From: an uncultured Actinomycetes bacterium | Lineage (GTDB): Bacteria > Actinomycetota > Thermoleophilia > RBG-16-64-13 | Assembly: GCA_963706025.1 (NCBI GenBank) | Contig: CAVPLM010000005.1 | Span: 64,001-128,000, forward strand | DNA: 64,000 nucleotides | Direction of reading: 5' to 3' | Shown here: positions 60,683 through 64,000 of the stretch, piece by piece | How positions within the stretch are numbered: position 1 is the first letter of the stretch | Layout: each line of letters opens with the position of its first letter | Notes under the pieces: generated by a model | Told to the model about the DNA's origin: nothing | The model's database searches: none | The model's input: only the letters and a program-made list of their open reading frames with translations | Translations under genes and position numbers: made by a program

Positions 60683-61563
60683 GCGCGAAGACCAGCGGGG
60701 ACCAGAGTTCCCGGCACGGCTCCGGCCCCATGACCCTGTTCGCCTTGACGGGTGGTACATACGCATTCCTACGCTTCACCGATTCGGGAAAGCGACTGAG
60801 CGCGACCATGAAACGCGACATCCAGGCCATCAAAGAGCGCGACCCCGCTGCTCGCAGCGATCTGGAGATCATCACCTGCTATCCGGGGCTGCACGCCCTG
60901 TGGTTCCACAGGCTGGCCCGCGCTCTCTGGCGGCGGGATGTGCCTTTGGCCGCGCGATTGGTCTCCCAGGTCGGCCGTCTTCTGACCGGCATCGAGATAC
61001 ACCCGGGAGCGACGTTGGGCGAGGGGCTGTTCATCGACCATGGGGCCGGAGTGGTCATCGGCGAGACCGCGGAGATCGGGCAGAACGTCACTATCTATCA
61101 GGGGGTGACCCTGGGTGGAACGGGCAAAGAGACGGGTAAGCGCCACCCGACCGTGGGAGACAACGTGGTCATCGGAGCCGGTTCTCAGCTGCTGGGGTCG
61201 ATCACTCTGGGCGACAACGTCAAGGTCGGCGCCGGTAGTGTGGTGGTGCAGAACGTTCTTTCCGATTCCACAGTGGTGGGCAATCCGGGTCGCCCGGTGA
61301 TCATGGAGGGAGCGAAGGTCGGGATCCCCGACATCGACTACACGCATCTCCCCGACCCGGTCGCGGCGGCGATGAAATGCTTGGTGCGCCGAGTGGTGCA
61401 GCTGGAGAACGAGCTGGAGGAACTGCGCGCCGAGTCCGCGGGCGTTTCGCCGGTGGCCGCCCAGCCGAAGGCCTCCGGCAAGCGCCCGCGCCCCCGGCGT
61501 CCTATCCCGGCTTCGGAGGAGGCCTGCGACCCAGTGAGGCTCGAAGGCACGCCCGAGATCTGA
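60679..61563 (+). CDS. cysE: serine O-acetyltransferase (start 60679 or 60808)
   Basis: [32 protein letters not shown] and KRHPT. Confidence 0.95.
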   Translation: MSAKTSGDQSSRHGSGPMTLFALTGGTYAFLRFTDSGKRLSATMKRDIQAIKERDPAARSDLEIITCYPGLHALWFHRLARALWRRDVPLAARLVSQVGRLLTGIEIHPGATLGEGLFIDHGAGVVIGETAEIGQNVTIYQGVTLGGTGKETGKRHPTVGDNVVIGAGSQLLGSITLGDNVKVGAGSVVVQNVLSDSTVVGNPGRPVIMEGAKVGIPDIDYTHLPDPVAAAMKCLVRRVVQLENELEELRAESAGVSPVAAQPKASGKRPRPRRPIPASEEACDPVRLEGTPEI

Positions 61564-61566
61564 TCT

Positions 61567-63862
61567 TTGGACCCTGAGCTAGCCAAGGACCTCAACGACA
61601 GCCAGCGCGAAGCTGTCTTTCACGACGGGGGTCCTCTCCTGGTCCTTGCCGGAGCCGGTTCGGGCAAGACCCGCGTGCTCACTTATCGCCTGGCCAATCT
61701 CATCAGGACCGGCCAGGTGAGACCCCATCAGACCCTGGCCATCACCTTCACCAACAAGGCCGCCGGGGAGATGAAGGAGCGGGTAGCCTCGCTCCTGGGG
61801 GCCTCTTCCCGGTGGATGTGGGTCTGCACTTTCCATTCGGCCTGCGCGCGCATGCTGCGTCATGACGCCGCTCTTCTCGGCTATCGCTCGAACTTCACCA
61901 TCTACGACGAAGACGACTCCGTCCGTCTCCTCAAGCATTGCCTGGACGATCTCCGCCTCGACGGCAAGCGTTTCCCTCCTCGCGCCCTGCAGAACCTCAT
62001 CTCCGATGCCAAGAACAAGTTGGTCGACGTGGACGACTTCGGGCGCCGAAGTCGCGACGGCCAGGGTGACTGGACGGAAGGGGAGGGCGGGGACGACCGG
62101 GGGCTCTCCGGCTACCTGGACGTGGCCGCCCAGGTCTATCGGCGTTACCAGGCGAGGCTCCTGGAGGCCAACGCACTGGATTTCGATGATCTCTTGATGC
62201 GGATGGTCGACGTGCTCCAGCTCTTCCCCGAGAGGCTGGAGTACTACAGGGATCTCTTCCGCCACGTACTCGTGGATGAGTATCAAGACACCAATCGGGC
62301 CCAATATGTCCTGGTCAAGCTCCTCGCGGAAGAGCACCGGCAGGTGACGGTGGTGGGAGACGACGACCAGTCGGTCTACTCGTGGCGAGGCGCCGACATA
62401 CGCAACATCCTCAGATTCGAGGACGACTTCCCCGATGCCAAAGTGGTCAAAATGGAGCAGAACTACCGTTCTTCCACCACCATCCTCGAGGTGGCGAACG
62501 CCCTGGTCTCTCACAATCGCGGCCGCAAGCCGAAGAACCTCTGGAGCGAGCGGGGTGCCGGCGAACCGGTGGTGGTACTCGAGTGTCGGGACGAGCACGA
62601 GGAGGCCCGACTCGTTGGCGAGGAGATCGTCGGGGCTCTTCGATATCGTGCTGCTTCCGACGTGGCCGTCTTCTACAGGGTCAATGCCCAGAGCCGCGGT
62701 TCTGGAGGACATGTTGGTCCGCCAAGGTGTGGGTTATCGGGTGATCGGCGGTGCTAAGTTCTACCAGCGGGCGGAGATCAAGGATCTTCTCGCCTATCTG
62801 CGCGTCACGATGAACGCAGGCGACGACGTGTCTCTACTGCGCATCATCAACACCCCTCGCCGTGGTCTCGGAGAAGTGGCGGTGGGACGTCTTCAGGGCT
62901 TTGCAGCCGAGCACGCCATCAGCGTGCGAGACGCCTTGCTCCGCGCTTGTGAAGTGGCCGGCTTCACGACCGGAGCGACCCAGACCTGCCTGGGTCTGGG
63001 GGAGAGATTCGCCTGCTGGGCGGCCGCAGCAGACATAGGCGCGGCTGACACCGGGGCGCCGCTCGCGGAGGCGGTGCCGCCCAAGGCGCCGTCGGTGGCC
63101 GGTCTGCTACGCCAGGTGCTTGATGAAAGTGGGCTTCTCGACACTCTCAAAGCCGAAAGGACGCTGGAAGCCGAGGGCCGGCTGGAGAACCTGGAGGAGT
63201 TCGTGGGAGTAGCCGAGGAGTTCGACCGTTTGAACCCGGAGAGCGGTCTGGCCGAGTTCTTGCAGGAGATCAGCCTGTATGCCGACATCGACAGCTTGGA
63301 GGAAGGTCAGCCGGTCGTCACTCTCATGACCCTCCACAACGCCAAGGGTCTCGAGTTCCCAGTGGTCTTCATAACCGGGATGGAGGAAGGGCTCTTTCCT
63401 CACTCCCGGTCCTTGGACGAACAGCGTTTGGAGGAGGAGAGACGGTTGTGCTACGTGGGCGTCACCCGTGCGCAGGATCGCCTTCACCTTTCCTTCGCTC
63501 GTTCAAGGACGCTACACGGTGGGGCGGGGTACAAGATTCCCAGCCGCTTTCTGAGTGAGATCCCGAAGAGCCTGGTCGACTATCGCAGCAGTTCGGTCCC
63601 GGCGCGGCCGGCGCACGCGGCGTCCGAGCGCGGCGCCCTTCGTCAAGGGGGCGCCGCGGGCAGGCCGGGACCCGTCCCCTCCGCGCCCCGTGATCGCACC
63701 GCTGCGGTCGGTTTGGCGCCTGGTGATCGCGTCCTGCACGCCCGTTTCGGCGAAGGAGTGGTTCTAGGAGTGGAACCAGGGGGGATCGTAAGGGTCTTCT
63801 TCTCAGACCAGGGCGAACAGAAGAGGCTCCTGCTCGAATACGCGCCTCTGCGCCGTCTCTAG
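61567..63862 (+). CDS. pcrA: UvrD/PcrA DNA helicase; apparent frameshift near 62698
   Basis: AGAGSGKT, VDEYQDTN, GDDDQS.YSWRGA, NYRS, MTLHNAKGLEF, EERRL.YVG.TRA and a C-terminal GDRV.H.RFG.G domain. Confidence 0.95.
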
Positions 63863-64000
63863 TCGGAGCGGCGATTCGCTCTCAGTCGCGGCTCGGATTG
63901 CCGCTCCAGTCGCGGTACCGGCGCTCCCCTCTTCATGACCGATCTGTCTGTTTCTGCCTGCTTTCTATGCAATAGACCATTCATTCTGATACAATTACAT

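Overview
GC-rich (roughly two-thirds G+C by eye) chromosomal segment of an actinobacterium. The PafBC fusion, CwlM-like protein and MreB/ClpX sequences suggest Thermoleophilia or a related deep lineage (inference). Left part: a NiCo/czcD-type riboswitch with terminator ahead of a CDF metal exporter; a fused ADP-forming acyl-CoA synthetase with a MidA-like methyltransferase; a cell-wall cluster (CapA, CwlM-like amidase, NlpC/P60); an HDAC; and an orphan PilT. A fused double-WYL PafBC regulator with a coupled holin-family gene sits head-to-head with an AddAB/AdnAB helicase-nuclease pair, followed by an ECF sigma/anti-sigma pair, MTAP-PfkB and an epimerase. A tRNA cluster (Pro, Gly, Arg, His, Leu) is interrupted by a 3.3 kb islet with no integrase, bounded by a 49-bp tRNA-Arg duplication and carrying two SLH-domain proteins. 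Right part: a long housekeeping run (tig-clpP-clpX-lon-valS-folC-ndk-maf-mreBCD-mrdA-rodA-radical SAM-rng-rplU-rpmA-obg-proBA-nadD-LCP-ThiF-LarE-cysE-uvrD). About a dozen single-base frameshifts, several in normally essential genes, are most likely long-read errors. The best candidates for novelty are the PafBC/AddAB divergon with a candidate PafBC-type promoter, the NiCo riboswitch outside its usual hosts, and the SLH islet. All family assignments come from motif recognition by eye, not database searches.
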